A DNA stretch of 14,990 bases from an archaeon. GTDB lineage: Archaea; Iainarchaeota; Iainarchaeia; Iainarchaeales; 1-14-0-10-31-34. The DNA lies in assembly GCA_043819075.1 (NCBI GenBank), contig JBDRFE010000068.1, positions 1 through 14,990 of the forward strand, read 5' to 3'. Position numbers and translations under genes: made by a program. The notes below the pieces were generated by a model, which was not told the DNA's origin, did no database searches, and was given only the letters and a program-made list of their open reading frames with translations. Below are positions 14,057 to 14,990 of the stretch, in pieces; the stretch's first letter is position 1; each line of letters opens with the position of its first letter.

Positions 14057-14782
14057 ATGGACTCTGAAACAATCCAGTATTTTCTTTCTTTTGGCTTAAC
14101 TGAATACGAGTCAAAGGCACTGCTTTCTTTAATCCAAAAAGGCGCTCTTGAAGCCCCAGAAACAAGCATGTTATCTGAAATACCAAAAACAAGGGTTTAT
14201 GATATACTGGAAAAATTAGAGGAAAAAGGGTTAGTTGTTTCCCTACAAGGAAGGCCCAAAAAATACCAGTCAATTGAATCAGATAAAATCATTGACAGGC
14301 TGCTTGAATTAAAGAAAAAAGAATTCAATGAAATAGAAGAAAAAGCCCTTAAATTAAGGGAATTGCTTGAATTCAGCGAAAAACAAGAAGAAAAAGAGCA
14401 TGTTTCAAGAGTAAAACACTTAAACGATTTTGACAGGATATTAGAACAAGAAATCCTTAAAGCAAAAAAAAGCGTTTTATGCTTTACTGAAACAAAAGAA
14501 AAAAGAAATTTATTGCAGGAAGCATTAGCTAAAGCAGTGCAAAGAAAAGTCAAAGTAAAGCTGATTTCAAACAACAAAGAAATTGAAAGCTTTTTGAACG
14601 GAAAAATTGAGGCAAAAAATTCAGTGCATTCACTTAACGCTTTTGTAATAGACGACAAAAAAATTGTTTTAGGCTTAAACAGCTTTGAAGAAGAAAAACC
14701 ACAATACCATTTCGCAATACTACACAACAAAAGCCTAGCAGAAGCAATCTCCAATCACTTCAACGAAAAATGGGGCAAGTAA
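14057..14782 (+). CDS. TrmB family transcriptional regulator
   Basis: wHTH region FGLTEYESKA...SEIPKTRVYDILEKLEEKGLV...GRPKKYQ, then a coiled coil and a PLD-like effector domain (AKKSV, KVKVKLI, FVIDDKKI). ATG 14057 is preferred over 14033. Confidence 0.92.
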   Translation: MDSETIQYFLSFGLTEYESKALLSLIQKGALEAPETSMLSEIPKTRVYDILEKLEEKGLVVSLQGRPKKYQSIESDKIIDRLLELKKKEFNEIEEKALKLRELLEFSEKQEEKEHVSRVKHLNDFDRILEQEILKAKKSVLCFTETKEKRNLLQEALAKAVQRKVKVKLISNNKEIESFLNGKIEAKNSVHSLNAFVIDDKKIVLGLNSFEEEKPQYHFAILHNKSLAEAISNHFNEKWGK

Positions 14783-14851
14783 AGATTTAAAAAGAAAAAC
14801 TTCCCTATAAATAAACAGTTATATTGATTTTAAATTCAATGGAGGGATTAA

Positions 14852-14990
14852 ATGAAAAAAATATTATTGTTAGCAGTAATTTTAATTGCTTTTTCTGTTG
14901 TAGCATCTGCTTTTGTGAACGGAGGCTGGAAAACTGAAACAGTTTCAGGCATGGGAGACACAAACAAACCAGTTAACTTTCTCGGCGGAG
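14852..14990 (+). CDS. Hypothetical secreted protein, 3'-partial
   Basis: GGAGG RBS at 14841-14845. MKKILLLAVILIAFSVVASA-FVNGGW... is a Sec signal peptide with an A-S-A cleavage motif. The frame is open to the window end. Confidence 0.75.
   Translation, partial: MKKILLLAVILIAFSVVASAFVNGGWKTETVSGMGDTNKPVNFLGG

Noticed and set aside
105..14754. Numerous Phe/Leu/Ser-rich minus-strand ORFs (e.g. 1359-2174, 8775-9662, 14197-14754)
   Set aside because: They are shadows of A-rich, Lys/Glu-rich + strand genes and overlap well-supported conserved genes.

Overview
Archaeal chromosomal segment. All supported genes lie on the + strand, which is very A-rich. Positions 1-11133 hold one continuous translation/transcription superoperon: rpl32e (5'-partial), rpl19e, rpl18, rps5, rpl30, rpl15, secY, DUF106, rpl34e, a cmk-like gene, rpl14e, rps13, rps4, rps11, rpoD, tRNA-Leu(TAA), rpl18e, rpl13, rps9, rpoN and rps2. 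Downstream are MEMO1/AmmeMemoRadiSam B, a Cys-repeat lipoprotein, a type 2 IPP isomerase, a TrmB regulator and a partial secreted protein. The streamlined gene order and Lys/Glu-rich tails suggest a DPANN-type archaeon (inference only). The most notable signal is a dispersed palindromic repeat family: an AACTTTT-nnn-AAAAGTT hairpin followed by an ATCAAAAA tail, with a 28-bp period and compensatory stem changes. It sits in several intergenic gaps and also forms the 5' half of the 96-nt BHB intron of tRNA-Leu (50/52 nt identical to an intergenic copy 2.66 kb away). Other notable points are a Cmk homolog with a degenerate P-loop, a short RpoD lacking its Fe-S domain, and a lipoprotein gene in the slot where mvk/ipk usually sit.
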